Assembly: GCA_951406725.2 (NCBI GenBank)
Contig: OX597816.1
Span: 136,462,001 to 136,526,000 of the forward strand
Direction of reading: 5' to 3'
Source: Octopus vulgaris
Taxonomy: Eukaryota
Length of the DNA: 64,000 bases
Shown in pieces: positions 12,608 through 26,904 of the stretch. Each line of letters opens with the position of its first letter. The first letter of the stretch is position 1. The position numbers were made by a program, and so were the translations under genes. The notes below the pieces were generated by a model. That model saw only the letters and a program-made list of their open reading frames with translations, was not told the origin of the DNA and did not search any database.

Positions 12608-14367
12608 TTAAAGTTGTCAGCCTGTGTATATAAGAAATTGGTGTGTGCTAGAATGGACATGTGATGATGTTATTATTTAGCTCCAGGCCATCCTTGATGA
12701 AGCAGACTTACGATCAAAGGCATTCCAGTCATGACTATCCCCTTGTTTTGTATATTTAAAGCTATATAATTCAACATGTCCTTCATTTTTCAGAATAGCT
12801 GAATGGGATATTTGGCTCTTACTTCTAGCACTTTCAGCAACTGTAAAGGTTCCTTTGTTGGTATAGCTTGTATGTATGGATGATGAGTGTTAGCTGGAAA
12901 AGGGCTGTGTGCTGACAGTAAAAAGTACATGTTGCAATGGAAGTCATGAAATGACAACACAGGGTATAGATGAGTGATGATTTGTTGAAAAGCAGAAGAC
13001 TTGTTCAGTTCAGTCCATGCCAGTATAGAAAGCAGGACATGATAATGGTTAAAGATACCATTCCGCAGAGATATCTCACCTGCTTGCAAGTAAGTGGGTA
13101 TTTACCCATTGCTAGACATGTTTTCACAGAAGACTCAAAATGAACGACAGCCACATTTGTTTTACAACTATCACATGAAGTCAAGGCATGGAGACAGTAA
13201 CACACACACACACATAGTTAGGTACAGGTGTAGCTTTGTGGTAAGAAGCTTGCTTTCCAAACTCATCATTCTGGGTTCAGTCCCACTGCATGGTACTTTG
13301 AGCAAGTGTCTTCTACTATAGCCTTGGGCCAAACAAAGTCTTGTGAGTGGATTTGGTAAATGGAAACTGAAAGAATCCCGCTGTGTATATGTGTGTGTTT
13401 GTCCCCCACCACTACTTGACAACTGATGTTAGTGTGTTTATGACTGAAATAAGTAAAAGATAAAGATATATATGCACAACAGGTTTCTTTCACTTTCTGT
13501 TTATCAAATCCACTTACAAGGCTTTGGTTCACTTGAGTCTATAGTAGACTTGCCCATGGTACCATGCCATAGGACTGAACCTAAGATCATGTTGTTGAGA
13601 AACAAATTTCATCACTCTCAACCACATGGTTCTCATGCATGGCACTTTGGGCATGTGTTACTATTGCCCCTGAACAACCAAAGAATTGTGAGTGGATTTG
13701 GTAGACTGAAACTGAAAAAGGTCCATTGAGTGTGTGCTTGTGTCTCCTTGTTCTGACATTGCATGATAGTTGTTAAATGATTATCACTGTCATACAAGCA
13801 ATGTCATTCATTTCCAATATTTTGTGAGAACATATCTGACTGTGGGGAAATATTAACTTCCTTGCAAACAGGTGAGGGTTGGTGATGGGATGGGCATTCA
13901 ACTGTGAAAAATGAAATCAACAAATTCCAATTGATCCATGTTAGATGATGATGATATATTGTGAAGATATGGGTTTCTGACCCATGTCTCTGGCAGGCTG
14001 GTTGAGAGTGGTATGTTGCAATGTGCGATGGAATTGTGTCAGTGGTGTTTTGGAACTTTCCTAGAATAAAAGAAGTTGGAAAGTTAGTGGTTTAAAGGAG
14101 AGAAAGATTAGGAAAATGTGTTGTGTAGTGTAGTATGGAAAGTGAGAAATTCTGGTGAGGATTTGAAGAAACTGGTTTATTGAGTGACTTGAGTGCTATA
14201 TAGAGTTGACAAGTTCATTCAATGGAGAGCCAGTTGCTGTATGCACAAAAGAGAAAGTGGCCACAGTTTGATACTGGTTGTAGAATATTGATGAATATGT
14301 TTGTGGGAGGTGGGGGCTGAACCACTCCGTATACATACATGAGCATTATTCTAGTATTTTTTATATA

Positions 14368-14582
14368 TGAGCGAGTGCTGAAAAGTTCCTGGCTTTAAGG
14401 GTATTGCAAAAGGCCTAGTTGGAGGTCCAACCTTCTGAGTTCTTTTACAGGGTTTAAAAAAACTGATGGACCCCTGCAATAAGTTTGTAAATCTGAGAGC
14501 AGAATGTTGAATAAAATCAAAATTAACTGATCCTCCTGTACTTTCTTTTATCCAAAGCCAGGAATTCTCCAGCAACTCTGCG
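14368..14582 (+). mobile_element. mariner-derived MITE
   Basis: Imperfect TIRs gagtgctgaaaagttcctggcttt / aaagccaggaattctccagcaactc. The interior reads GLKKLMDPCNKFVNL, like the mariner transposase C-terminus. Confidence 0.6.
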
Positions 14583-14714
14583 TTTATTAGATAGGGGAGG
14601 GAAAGGGGTGCCTGTGACCATTCCACCCCCCCCCCCCTACTAATATTGATGTGTTCAATTTTCACATCTAGTGAAAAAATAGGACAAAGTGATTTGTGCA
14701 GATTTATGACAGAT

Positions 14715-15066
14715 AGGCATAGGAGTGACTGTGTGGTAAGTAGCTTGCTTACAAACCACATAGTTCCAGGTTCAGTCCCACTGCATGGCTCATTGGGCAA
14801 GTGTCTTCTACTATAGCCTTGTGAGTGGATTTGGTAGATGGAAACAGAAAAAAGCCATTCGTATATATGTGTGTGTGTGTCTGTGTTTCTTCTCTCCAAT
14901 ATCACTTGATAACCGATGCTGGTGTGTTTATGTCCCCATAATTCGGCAAAAGAGACCGATAGAATAAGTACTGGACTTACACAGAATAAGTCCTGGAGTT
15001 GATTTGTTCGACTAAATGCGGTGCTCCAGCATGGCCACAGTCAAATGACTGAAATAAGTAAAAGAG
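14715..15066 (+). mobile_element. SINE family A, near full length
   Basis: A/B boxes, tgggcaagtgtctt, and tail ...gtcaaatgactgaaataagtaaaagag. Confidence 0.8.
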
Positions 15067-18000
15067 AGTAAAGAGATACATTAAGGGTGTTAGGAGGAGG
15101 AAGAGAGATAGGGGAGTTTGAGTAGAAAGAGTGTATAGATAGCTCAAAGAAGAGAGGCAGAGAGACAGCACATCAATGAGCCAGTGGTTGAAGTGATGAG
15201 TGGATCATTGCCAATTAATTAGATGGCCTTCTTATGTTATCAAAATTATTTGATTCCTCACCACTACTGACCCACCAATTATCTCTTCTCCTCCCACAAC
15301 TATTTATCTCATGCACTATGCCTGCCTCTCTCTTCCCCATCTCACTCATGTAACCTCCCCAACATCATCCCTCTCTTGTCCTTCTCCTGTCTACTGTTTT
15401 ATCATTATTATTCTGCTGCTCTGCACTGTCAGTCATTTCCTACCCTTCCATTACTCTTGGTCCCTTTGTTCCATTTATTACTATCCACCTTATTGTATGA
15501 AGGTCCACTCGAACTCGGTATCATATATTATTTTTATTGCTCCCTAACTCTTGCTCAACCACTCCCATCTTCTCGTCTAAAATGTGAGTAGCCATGTAAC
15601 TCCTCTGCAGCAAGAAACCTGTTCTGCTGTGTTCCCTTCTCTTCAACTTTTACCTCTCATCACCTAGCATAAAGTTGCAACCTCATTAGTGTTGGTGGTA
15701 CAAAAAAAATAGAGCACCCAGTACATGCTGTAAAGTAGTTGGCATTAAGGTTATCCAGCTGTAGAAACCATGCCCAGGTATACACTGGAACATGATGCAA
15801 TCCTTGGGCTCACAACATTCTGTCAAACCATCCAACTTAGCCCAGCATGAAACATGAATGTTAAATGGTGGTGGCTGGCGTCATCTGTGGGTTTTACTTG
15901 AATTTTAAGATGCTCAGCGACTAATCAGAGCTGATATATTTCTTCCCCTGAAAAGTAATCTTAGCTTTTGTAATGCAGTTTTGACAATGTAGAATCACCA
16001 CAAAGGATCATGTCTGAAATTGTGAGTTCTAGCATTTGTTGCAGCTTTGAGAGCTTATATTTGGATTGTGGAGAGAGGAGCAGCTTTGCCATGATATTTC
16101 TATGCAGAATGCAATAAAATGTTTTGTTGATTTCCTCATCTTGAAGTAAAGATACTGTCAACATAATTGAATGTTATGATGTTAAGAACAGCTGAATTAT
16201 TTTTTCCTCTGTTTTCCAAAGCAAGGTCCCATTAGTGCACAATGTAAGAAATCTGATCTGTAGATAGACCTATGCTTTTGAACACTGGAAAGGTAATAAA
16301 GAAGTTGGTTATTTACATGCACTTCCATCACCCTTCAGTGAAAGGGATTGTTGACTGTATTTTAGATCCAATATGGCACACTACTGTCACCATCATTTAA
16401 CATGCATTTTTCATGCTGGTATAGGTTGTATAGTTTGACAGGGGCTGGCAAGGTGAAGGAGCCACACCTGATTCCATTGTCTGTTTTGGTATGGTTTCTT
16501 CAGGTGGATGCCCTTTCTAACACCAGCCACTTTATATTGGGTGCTTTTTATGTAGTACCAACAGGGTCGAGTACCTTGCAAGACAAAAATCCCTCAACTG
16601 GGATGGGGGGGAGTAATGTTGAGGGTGAGTAGCTTTTTTTCTTTTTTTTTTGCCAGGTGGGAAATTTAAGGCATAGAAGGGACAGATATGGGTATCTCAT
16701 TGTAACACAGATACATGGGTATCCCAGCAGGAAAACAAAGGACAGGGGAGCTGGAGAGTAATAGTGAAAGAGAGGATGGCAAAGATGTGTCAGGACATGC
16801 CCTCAAGGGACATTAGGAGTTCTGAGAATAAGTGAGGTGATGTAGAGGGTTGGACTGGATGAGTGGACAGGATGAGGTAATTGTAGCAAATGGAAAGAAA
16901 TATAGGAAAAGCTTGAGAGCAGGGCTTGCAGTAAATATGTGAGGGCATTGAGGGTAATAGCAGGTAAGCAAGGAGTTGATGATGGAGAGCAGCATAGAGA
17001 GGGGAGAGAAGGTGCAGAAAGGAGATGATTGGTGGCGACAGTAGGAAAGGAAGAAACAATAACTGAGAAAGCCAGATGACAGAGGAAATGATGGGTGTTA
17101 AGGGATGAAATGTGGTTGGGGGTAGGGAGCTATATTCCCATAGATATGGTTGCATCCTCTGTTGGGAGACAAGATTGTTGATGAAGATGAGAGCTCTTGA
17201 GGTGAACTGTTTAAGGATAATAAAAAGTACATCAGAGTGAGTTGGTTTGAAGTAACCAAAGACATTTTTATACTTTGGAACATCATGCATGTTCTTTCAT
17301 TGTTTTGTCATTATCTTCAAGAATAGTCTCATGACTAGATCATATCATTTTTCCTTTTTAAGATAGTAGCATATGACTTGATGGAAATTTGACTGCTATT
17401 CTTAGCTGGTCAGTCAGTTTTACTGTGTTGAGGCTATCATAAGCAAAACAGACAGCAAATATAATAATTTTATCAGTGAGTGGGTCATCTTGATTTAAAC
17501 CAGCCATATCCAACCAAAATATTCTATCTGGTTCATTTTCAAACTGGCCAGATCCAGCCTCTCACACCTACCCTACAATGTTGTAAAAATAGACAATCGC
17601 ATCATCGAAACCTCGATGCTACAAGATAATGCATGATCAATTCAGAACATTGTGAATATGTAAGTATTACATTTGACAGAATGCTAAAGGATGAAGAGTG
17701 GTAGGTTGGAGGATTTTAGAAACTGTTGCAGATCCTTTGCTGTTTTGGAGATGAGATATTTTACATTGATGCAAATTGAGCAATTGCATCTCAATTGATA
17801 ATAGTGACTTCTTCAGGTGTTGTCATAAGAAGTATCCTCACCTACATGCACATTTGCAATTCAATCTGCATCTAAATCACTAGGGAGTTGTGGGATTTGG
17901 TTGAGTTTGGGACATAGCTAGGAAGATAGTATCAGTCACCTACCCAGCTACCTCAGGCAACTTATTAAAGAAACCATACCAAATCTGACACTGAAGCTCA

Positions 18001-19497
18001 GTGTGGTTCTGCCACTCACTGGGTCTTGTCAAATCATCCAACCCATGCCAGCATGGAAAATCAACATTAAATGTTGATGATGACAATGATTGACAGAGCC
18101 AGTCTAATTTTGATAACTGACAAAGCTTGTTTAATTATTATAGCTTATAGAGCCAGTTTAACTATCATGATTAACGAAACCAGTCTATCATGAGTGATAG
18201 AGTTAGTTTAACTATTGCAACTAACACTAACAGAGTCATAAAGATGTCATCTCCACATACATAACTTCATATATAAAAGAGTGCACTGCCAAATCATAAG
18301 TCTGAGGGAAACACTACACTCAGTATATTAAACTTGTCTTCAGTATTGGTTGAATTGAAGCACATTTGTTGTCCAGTCAGTGTAAAACTGGTGGACAAAG
18401 AGAGAGATGCTTGTCATAGAGTAATCTACTGTACATGTGTTGATGATGATAGTCCAAAAAAGGCCGTTCTGCAATTTCTAGCTGAACAACCTGCATGAAT
18501 GATTTATTTATCAGATGTATGTCTTGTACATTAGTTCACTCCTTCCATCAAATCAACATTGCCTGAACAGATACATGGTGTATCACACATCCAGTGTTGA
18601 AGTGATCACAGAGCAATATGAGGTGCTTTGCTCAAGAACATAATGTACCACCCGGTCCAGGGATTGAAACCACAATCTGATGATTGTGAGTGCAATTCCC
18701 TAACCAATAGGCCATGCACTCTCACATTGTACTGGTAAACCTTTCTTGAAAACACCTAATATTAAGCATCAGGCTCTTTGACAGCTGATGTAATTGTCAT
18801 ATAGTCTAGTTATGATGGAGAAAATACTGTAATCTAACAAATCATGACTGATAAAGCCAGTCTAAATGTAATGACTGACAGTCAGTCTAACTATCATATG
18901 ACAGAGTCTGTTCTTTTCTTGTCTTGCTAGTTACTTGGCAACCCCACTAGTGCTGGTGCCATATAAAAAAAGCAGCCAGTACACACTGTAGAGTGACTGG
19001 TGTTAGAAAGGGCATCCAGCTGTAGAGATCATGTCAAAGCTAACATTAGAGCTCAACATAGCTTTGTTGCTCACCAGATCCTGTCAAACTGTCCAACCCA
19101 TGCCAGCATGGAAAATGAACAGTAAATGATGATGATTGACAGAACCAGTCTAACTTTGACAACTGACAAAGCTTGTTTAATTATTATAACTGATAGAGCC
19201 AGTTTAACTATCATGATTAACAAAACCAGTCTATCATGAATGATAGAGTTAGTCTAACAAAGTCATAAAAATGTCCTCTCCACATACATAGCCTCATATA
19301 TAAAAGATGGCATTGTCAAATCATAAGTCTGAGAGGATCACAGCATTCAGTGTATTAAACCTGTCTTCTGTATTGAAGAGTCAGTCTCTACTTGAAAGGT
19401 ACTGGGGTTAGTAGATAAGCCTCTGAGATTAACAGCTCATGTCATGTTCCTTGTATTATGTCCATGTCCAAGACACTTATCTCTAAATGACCAGTTC

Positions 19498-19985
19498 ATT
19501 CATCATCATCATCGTTTAACATCTGCTTTCCATGCTAGCATGGGTTGGACGATTTTGACTGAGGGCTGGCAAATCAGACGGCCGCACCAGGCTCCAATCT
19601 TGATCTGGCAGAGTTTCTACAGCTGGATGGCCTTCCTAATGCCAACCACTCCAAGAGTGTAGTAGGTGCTTTTTACGTGCCAGTCAGGCGGTACTGGCAA
19701 TGACCTCGCTCAAATCTTTTTACACATGTTACCGGTACAGGTGCCAGTAAGGTGACATTGGTAATGATCACGCTCGAATGGTGCCCTTTTACGTGCCGCC
19801 GGCACAGAGGCAGTCGGCTGTTCTGGCAACAATCACGCTCGGATGGTACTCTTGGCACCCTACTAACACGGGCACAAGTGCCAGTTAGGTGACACTGGTA
19901 ATGATCACACTCGAATGGTGCCCTTTTATGTGCCACTGGCATGGAAGCCGGTTAGCCACTCTGTCAACGATCACCCTCGTGATCG
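19498..19985 (-). mobile_element. RTE-3'-end-derived retroposon with (GAT)n tail and internal tandem repeats
   Basis: (CAT)n followed by gtttaac...tttccatgctagcatgggttggac on +. Family copies lie near 15690-15875(+), 16390-16560(-), 18940-19135(+), 46360-46680(+), 47810-48015(+), 50011-50196(-), 50726-51033(-) and 61680-61908(+). Confidence 0.75.
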
Positions 19986-21759
19986 TTGTTCAAATTAATT
20001 CAATAAATAATTTAGAATATTTTTATTTTCTTTTTGCTTCAGTTGGTTCATATGACCATCACACTTATGTGTGATGGCCAATAAGTATATATTGGTTTCA
20101 AATTATGGCACAAGGCCAGGAATTTCAGGGGAAGGAGTAAGTTAATTAAATTGACCTCAGTGCTCAGCTGGTACTTATTTTATCAACCCTGAAAGGATAA
20201 AAGGCAGAATTTGAAGTCAAAATGTAAGGAGGGATTAAATACTTCTAAGTATTTTGCCTGGCACACTAAGAATTCTGCCAGTTCATTGCCTTATTCATAA
20301 GTGGATATTACCAGCTAATATACTTTACTGCTATGAGCAGCACTATAAAATTGGTGAGTGTTTTAACTGGATTGCAATGCAGAGTTGAGTTCCTCTCATA
20401 TGAGCTACTTTTAATACAAGGAAACATTTTTTCTTTTACCTATTTAACTCTTTCAATTTGAATACATCCAAGATTGCAGTTATTAAAGTGTCCTATTTAA
20501 GTTTAATAATTTGAACAAAATTATAACAGGAACTCTAACAGGAGATTCTTGTTGATTTGTTCCTACATAATATCAATATATAAAGTTACAGATATTATAT
20601 AATCCCCTTAAACCGGCCATATCAGGCCCAAATATTCTACATGTTTTATGTTTAAACTGAGCAGATTTAGCTTCTCACACTTACCATACCATATCGTACT
20701 AAGAATATACAATTACATGATTGAAATCTTGAAGCTGCAAGATAATGCATGATTAATTCAAACTGATTTGAATAAATAAGCAATATGTTTGACAGAACAA
20801 TTTGGATGCTAAAGGGTTAAAGCCCCCCACCCCATTTTATTCTATCATCATTTTGTATCTGCTTTCCATGTTGGCATGGGTTGGAAAGGTTGTCATGCTC
20901 CACACCAATCCTTATTGTAAGCTACTGCTCGCCTAGATACGTCTGAGGACCATGTTTCATTTTTGTTTGTTTTTTTAATTTTTATTGGTCTCAATAGCTG
21001 GATGTCTTTCCTGACATCTTTACAGTGTATCTTCTAAGTGTGAATTGTGGCACCAGCACTAAAGAAGTTGTCATGTTCTCGACAAAACTAAAACATCTTC
21101 TCAAAGTGCATTTAACCTAAAAAAAAGGACAAAGCGTAAGCTTTTAACACTTTAGCATTTAAACTGGTCATATCCAACCAAACTATTCTACCTGTTTTAT
21201 GTTCAGACTGACCAGATCCAGCCTTTCACACATATCCTACAATGTCATTCTAAAAATAGCAATCATTGAAATCTTGAAGCTATGAGATATTGCAGGATTA
21301 ATTCAAAACAATGTGAATAAATAACTATTATATTTGATTGAGTAATTTGAATGACAAAGGGTTAACTCATATTGTAGAGATGAGGTCATTTGCCCATAAT
21401 TCATAAGGTTAGGAGATATAATTGAGTTGGTCAGTATGATGGAAAGTGGGGAGGTGCATTGTCAGTTAACTAATAATCACAGCTAAAATGTTTTCTAATT
21501 TTAGTCATGTAAAGAATATGAGACTTCCAGGAAAAGTCACTAGAGAATGGCATTTGTACTGAGAGGAATTAAATAAAATTGGAAGTCATCCATGGGAAGT
21601 GGAGTCTTCGCTGGAGTTTTAGTGTCATTAAAACATCAGATAACAACGTTGTCATTGGGAGGGAATTTCTGATTCATTATTGCTGCAGGTTGTTGGAACT
21701 GCTGGTGATACTAACTGGAGGATAGGATATAATAATAATAATCATGATCCTTTCTCCTG

Positions 21760-22107
21760 AAGGCACCAGGTCTAAAATTTATGGTGAATTTATTGACCTC
21801 AGTGTTTCATTGGTACTTAATTAAGGATTAAAGGCAAAGTCAACCTCAGCAGAATTTGAACTCAGAACGTAGTAGTAGATGAAATACCTATTTCTTTACT
21901 ACCCACAAGGGGATAAACAAGGACAGACAAACGGATTAAGTCGATTACATCGACCCCAGTGCATAACTGGTACTTATTTAATCGGCCCCGAAAGGATGAA
22001 AGGCAAAGTCGACCTCAGCGGAATTTGAACTCAGAACGTAGTGGCAGATGAAATACCATTAAGCATTTCACCTGGCGTGCTAATGATTCTGCCAGCTCGC
22101 TAACTTA
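21760..22107 (-). mobile_element. SINE family B composite (older fragment plus younger copy)
   Basis: The segment aaaggcaaagtc(a/g)acctcagc(a/g)gaatttgaactcagaacgtagt occurs twice; the second retains CpGs. Confidence 0.7.
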
Positions 22108-22397
22108 ATAATAATAGTAATAATAATAAGGCAGCAGATAGTATTGATGACCTAGCAATCTCTATGTTTGACTTGGTAGAAATAGCTGTGAAATCTCCCT
22201 CAAATCACAAGCTGCTGTTTCAAGAAAAGGAAAGGATGAATTGGACAATGTGATCTTTGATAAGTAAAAAAAGACAAGATGTTCACAATTGGAATGCTTT
22301 TGTTCATGAATCTGCTTGATGACTACTAATTTGGGGTTTAAGCCATTAGCTTTCAGATTACTCTGTCAAGCATAATGCTTATTTATTCACATTGTCT

Positions 22398-22709
22398 TAG
22401 GATGTTGAGTCTCACAAAGGCAATGACAAGTGACTGAGGCTTGGTGATTCGCTGTGCTTGAAAATACACATCAAGCTTAGTGAAATCGTAGTCATGGCCA
22501 ATGCCAGTAATATATAAAAGGCACCCAGTGACACATGAAAGACCCCTGGTACACTCTGTGGAGTGGCTGGCATTAGGAAGGGCATCCAGTTGCAGAAACC
22601 ATGCCAAAACAGACTGGAGCCAGGTGCAGCTCTCTGGTTTCCCCAGTTCCAGTCAAATTGTCTAATCCATGTCAGCATGGAAAATGGACACTAAATGATG
22701 ATGATGATG
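22398..22709 (+). mobile_element. 5'-truncated RTE 3' end inserted in a piggyBac-type MITE (host ~22345-22885)
   Basis: Begins with RTE C-terminal coding trace (LRMLSLTKAMTSD...AVLE) and ends in (GAT)n. The host MITE is split at cacattgt|...|ttgttttgaattaat. Confidence 0.7.
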
Positions 22710-23607
22710 CTTGTTTTGAATTAATAAGGCATTATCTTGTAGCTTTGAGATTTCAATGATGTGATTGCTTATTTTGAGAATTTTACATTGTTGGGTAGGT
22801 GTGAGAGGCAGGATCTGGCCAGTTTGAGCATAGAACAGATAGAATATTTGGGCCCAATATAACTAAGGCTTAAATGCTAAAGAGTTAAATAACAATAACA
22901 AGGTTACTAGTAGGTTTTTTTTTTAATAAAGAGGCCAGAGAGAAACAAGCAGATACTGGAATTTCTGCCATGGGGCAAAAGATTAAGAAAACACTGAATA
23001 ATAATTTAACAAAATACGCAAAAGCTTGAATATGTATACAACCCTTATGCTTATTAAAAATAATAATTGACTTTTGGCTGAAAGTGATTTACCTCAATTT
23101 TACTCCTTTTTTTCTTAAGTTTTTAGAAATGGTAGGAGATAATATTCTATTCTTTTATTCTTTGTATTGAAATTAGTATTTTTATGATTCATCGTGTTCA
23201 AGAGCTAAGGTAGTTCTGCTTCATTAATGAACTAGAGATATATATTTTATCAGTTTTAGACTGGAAAGGACTTGAAGTTAACTCTCTTTTGTTACCTTAT
23301 TTCCATACACTGCCCTTTCTGTTCAATTAAGGTTGAAAGTAATCAAGAATTTAATGCAATAACTTTGTCTTTGGTATGTCCATATCTGGACATAAACTAA
23401 CACGAAATTTTAGTCCTTTAGCATTTAAAGCAGCCATATCTGGCCCAAATATTCCACCTGTTTAATAAAGTCAAACTAGCCAGATCCAGCCGCTCACACC
23501 TATTCTACAATGCCTTTCTAAAAAATAATCAAATGTGAGATAATGCATGATTAATTCAAAACAATGTTCAGCAAGTCAATATCAAAGTCAATATTCTTAG
23601 ATATCAT

Positions 23608-23975
23608 ACTCTCTTTTACTTGTTTCAGTCATTTGACTGTGGCCATGCTGGAGCACCACCTTTAATCGAGCAAATCGAACCCAAGACTTATTCTTTGTAA
23701 GCTTAGTACTTATTCTATCGGTCTCTTTTGCCGAACCGCTAAGTTACAGTTGTCAAGCGATGTTGGTGGGACAAACATATACACACACACACATACATAT
23801 ATATGCATATATACGACGGGCTTCTTTCAGTTTCCGTCTACCAAATCCATTCACAAAGCTTTGGTCGACCCGAGGCTATAGTAGAAGACACTTGCCCAAG
23901 GTGCCACACAGTGGGACTGAACCCAGAACCATGTGGTCCGTAAGCAGGCTACATACCACACAGCCACTCCTACAC
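23608..23975 (-). mobile_element. SINE family A, near full length
   Basis: Reverse complement of the family consensus, from ctcttttacttgtttcagtc to cagccactcctacacc. Confidence 0.85.
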
Positions 23976-25361
23976 CGCTTACCACACAGCCACTTGGGAT
24001 CCTTCTTGCATAAAACTATCCTAAATTTTTCTTTATGCCCTATAACCAGATTATTATAGCATTAGTTAACTATTATCAGGAATTTTACCTCAAGTCTTTA
24101 CAAGCTGCTGGAATGAAACTGTTATATTGATTTTCATTTGCTCTTTATTTCTCCAATTTTTAGCTGTATTTCTGCATTCTAACTTTAACCACTTGGATTT
24201 TTGTTTTCTTTAATATTAGATTGCCCTAAGACTTACATATGTAGTTACCATTTTGAAAGTTGTAGAAAATTAGTTCAGAGCACCTCAAGTGCTACATTTA
24301 GCCTCTTAACAAAAATGTATCCGCCATTGATTGGTAGATATAAAAAGAGACTAGACAGAATTTTGATTGCAGTATACCTGACTGTCATACTGTGTCCCAC
24401 ATTGGTGATTCTCTGTCAGAAAAAAAAAAAAACCAAAGAGGAACTCTGTATGTGGTTGCTTAACCTGCTAGAAATATCAAATCACATGTTACCTTCTTAA
24501 AAAGATAGAGGAAGGTTTTGGATAATACGCTATTGTGTACAAATACATGCATGCACCACAACATCATCGTCATTGTTGTCAACATCATCATCATGTGTCC
24601 ATTTTTCCATGTTTGCACGGGTCAGATAGAATTTGTTGAGACAAATTTTCTATGTCCAGATGCCTTTCTCTTGCAACCATCATCTGTTTCCAAGTAAGGT
24701 ATAATTCCCTATAGCTAGACATGCTCACTTGTATGACGATTCTCATTTACAACCACCACATGATGTCAAGACAAGGGTACACACATATACAGTAATGCCT
24801 TGCTATACAAGTTAATTTGTTCCTGGAGACTGCTCCTAAAGTGAGGAGCTTCTTTCAGTTTCCATCTACCTAATCCACTCTCAATTCTTTGGTCAACCCA
24901 GGGCTGTAGTCAAAGACACCAAAAGTGCTACACAGTGAGACCAAATCCTAGACTATATGATTGAGAAACAAGCTTCTTAATAAAAAAGCCATGCCTGAGT
25001 AAAAAACAAGATGGACATGGCTGAAATACCATTAATTGTTGGTGTGTTCAAATTAGATCTGACCAGGATTTTAAAAAAACAACAGAAATTTCTATAGTAA
25101 GGTATGATTGACAACATCCATAAATCAAGATATTATTTTGTGTAAAATTTTCTGAAATTGTGGTGTTTCCATACTGATATGGTGGTGAGCATTTAATAAA
25201 ATAACATAAAACTTGTTTTCAAACTTAAGGTGGTTACCTGTTAGCATACTAAAATTTTTTTCACTATTGTAGTTAGTATTGGCTATTAATAAAAAAAAGG
25301 GTTATTGTGTTCAGATACGTTCACTACAGTTCTGCAGTGTTCACAACTATATTGCCATATG

Positions 25362-25510
25362 CAGGGCTAGCTCAAGGTACTGACAACTCTGGCAGCTGCC
25401 CGGGGAACCAAGGAGGGCATGACAAAGACAAGAAAATTTCCATGAGCGTCAGCTTGTACACGCCGAAGTTCAGCTTGCCTGGGGCGCCGGCAACCCTAGG
25501 GCCAGCCTTG
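25362..25510. mobile_element. Small hAT-like MITE
   Basis: Ends cagggctagctc / gggccagccttg are imperfect CAGGGCCGGCCC-type TIRs; GC-rich interior; TSD unclear. Confidence 0.4.
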
Positions 25511-25672
25511 ACACCATGTTCAGTATTGTATTGTGTGTTCACTACTGTTTGGAATATTGAAGTGAAACACATTTACACAGTAGTAGTAGTACAACTATTC
25601 TGCTGTATATGTACTGCAATGTTTTGTGGTGATATGTTCTGTTGTAGTGCATAGTATTTCTACTATATTGTA

Positions 25673-26904
25673 CAGGGGTTGGACAAAATAATGGAAACAC
25701 CTAGCATCATGATTTTGAATATTTATAAAACCGTCAAAAGCTTGTTTATTTTTATGCTTTTTGATTTATTATTAGTGTTGCTTAATATGTTTTGCTAAAA
25801 TTGCTGTTTCTTTTCAGATATCATCAGAAAAAGGTAAATAAAATTCATTAAAATGACAGATCTATTGGTCAAATTGTTGGTATTTGTATGGCAGATGCTA
25901 GCATAATGAAAACAGCCAAAATGTTTAGTGTATCAAGAAGTACTGTCTCGAAAGTAATGACAGCCTTTAAGAAAAACGGAAAAACTTCCTTGTTGAAACA
26001 AAACTCCGGAAGAAAACCAAAACTGTCAGATAGGGACCGTCAGACTCTTATGCAAATTGTTAGAAAGGATCACCAAAGTACAGCTCCTGAAATTACTGCA
26101 GAGCTTAATGACCACTTCGAGAACCCAGTTTCCACAAAAACTCGCTGGAAGCTGCACAAAGCAGGATTTCACAGGAGGACTGCAATCAGAAAACTGCTAC
26201 TTTCAAAAACAAAAGTTGCAAAGCATTTAGAGTGGAGTAACAACCTACAGAATTGGTCCCTAGAGCAGTAGAAGAATGTTATGTTCTTGGATGAGTCATC
26301 CTTTACCTTATTTCCAACCACCAACCAAGTATACGTGTGGAGACAGCCAAAAGAAGCATTTGACCCAGACTGCCTTCTTCCAAGAGTTAAACATGGAGGA
26401 GGATCTGTGATGATCTGCAGGGGCTATATCTTGGAAATCTGCTGGCCCAATGATTTCCCATCATGGCAGAATTAATAGTCAAGACTATTTAAGCATTTTA
26501 TCTGATCAAATTCATCCTATTGTTGTGGAACTGTTCCGGCAGGGAAATGCAATCTTTCAGGATGATAATGCACCAATTCACACAGCTAAAGTTGTTACTG
26601 AATGGCACGAGGAACATTCTAGTGAAGCCACCATAGTCCCCAGATCTCAATATTATTGAACATTTATGGTGCATTTTAGAAAAACAAGTAAGGAGTCAAT
26701 ATCCTCCACCATCATCACTACAAGAACTGGAGACTATTTTGGCTGAAGAATGGACAAAAATTCCTTTGGAAACAAATCAAATTTTCTATGAGTCCATACC
26801 TCATAGAATTCAAGCTGTAATTACTACAAAAGGCAGTCCTACCCCATATTAAAATAAATTTGTTTGAAACTTTAAGGTGTTTCCATTATTTTGTCCAACT
26901 CCTG
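25673..26904 (+). mobile_element. Full-length decayed Tc1 (DDE) DNA transposon
   Basis: 30-bp TIRs CAGG(G/A)GTTGGACAAAATAATGGAAACACCT (one mismatch) flanked by TA on both sides. Three ORF fragments give HTH (VSRSTVSKV, SGRKPKLS), FLDES, VKHGGGSVM and FQDDNAPIH, and SPDLNIIEHLW follows in a shifted frame. Confidence 0.95.
25888..26852 (+). pseudogene. Tc1 transposase pseudogene
   Basis: Stop at 26269-26271, frameshifts near 26420 and 26630, and a small deletion between the second D and the E. Confidence 0.9.
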
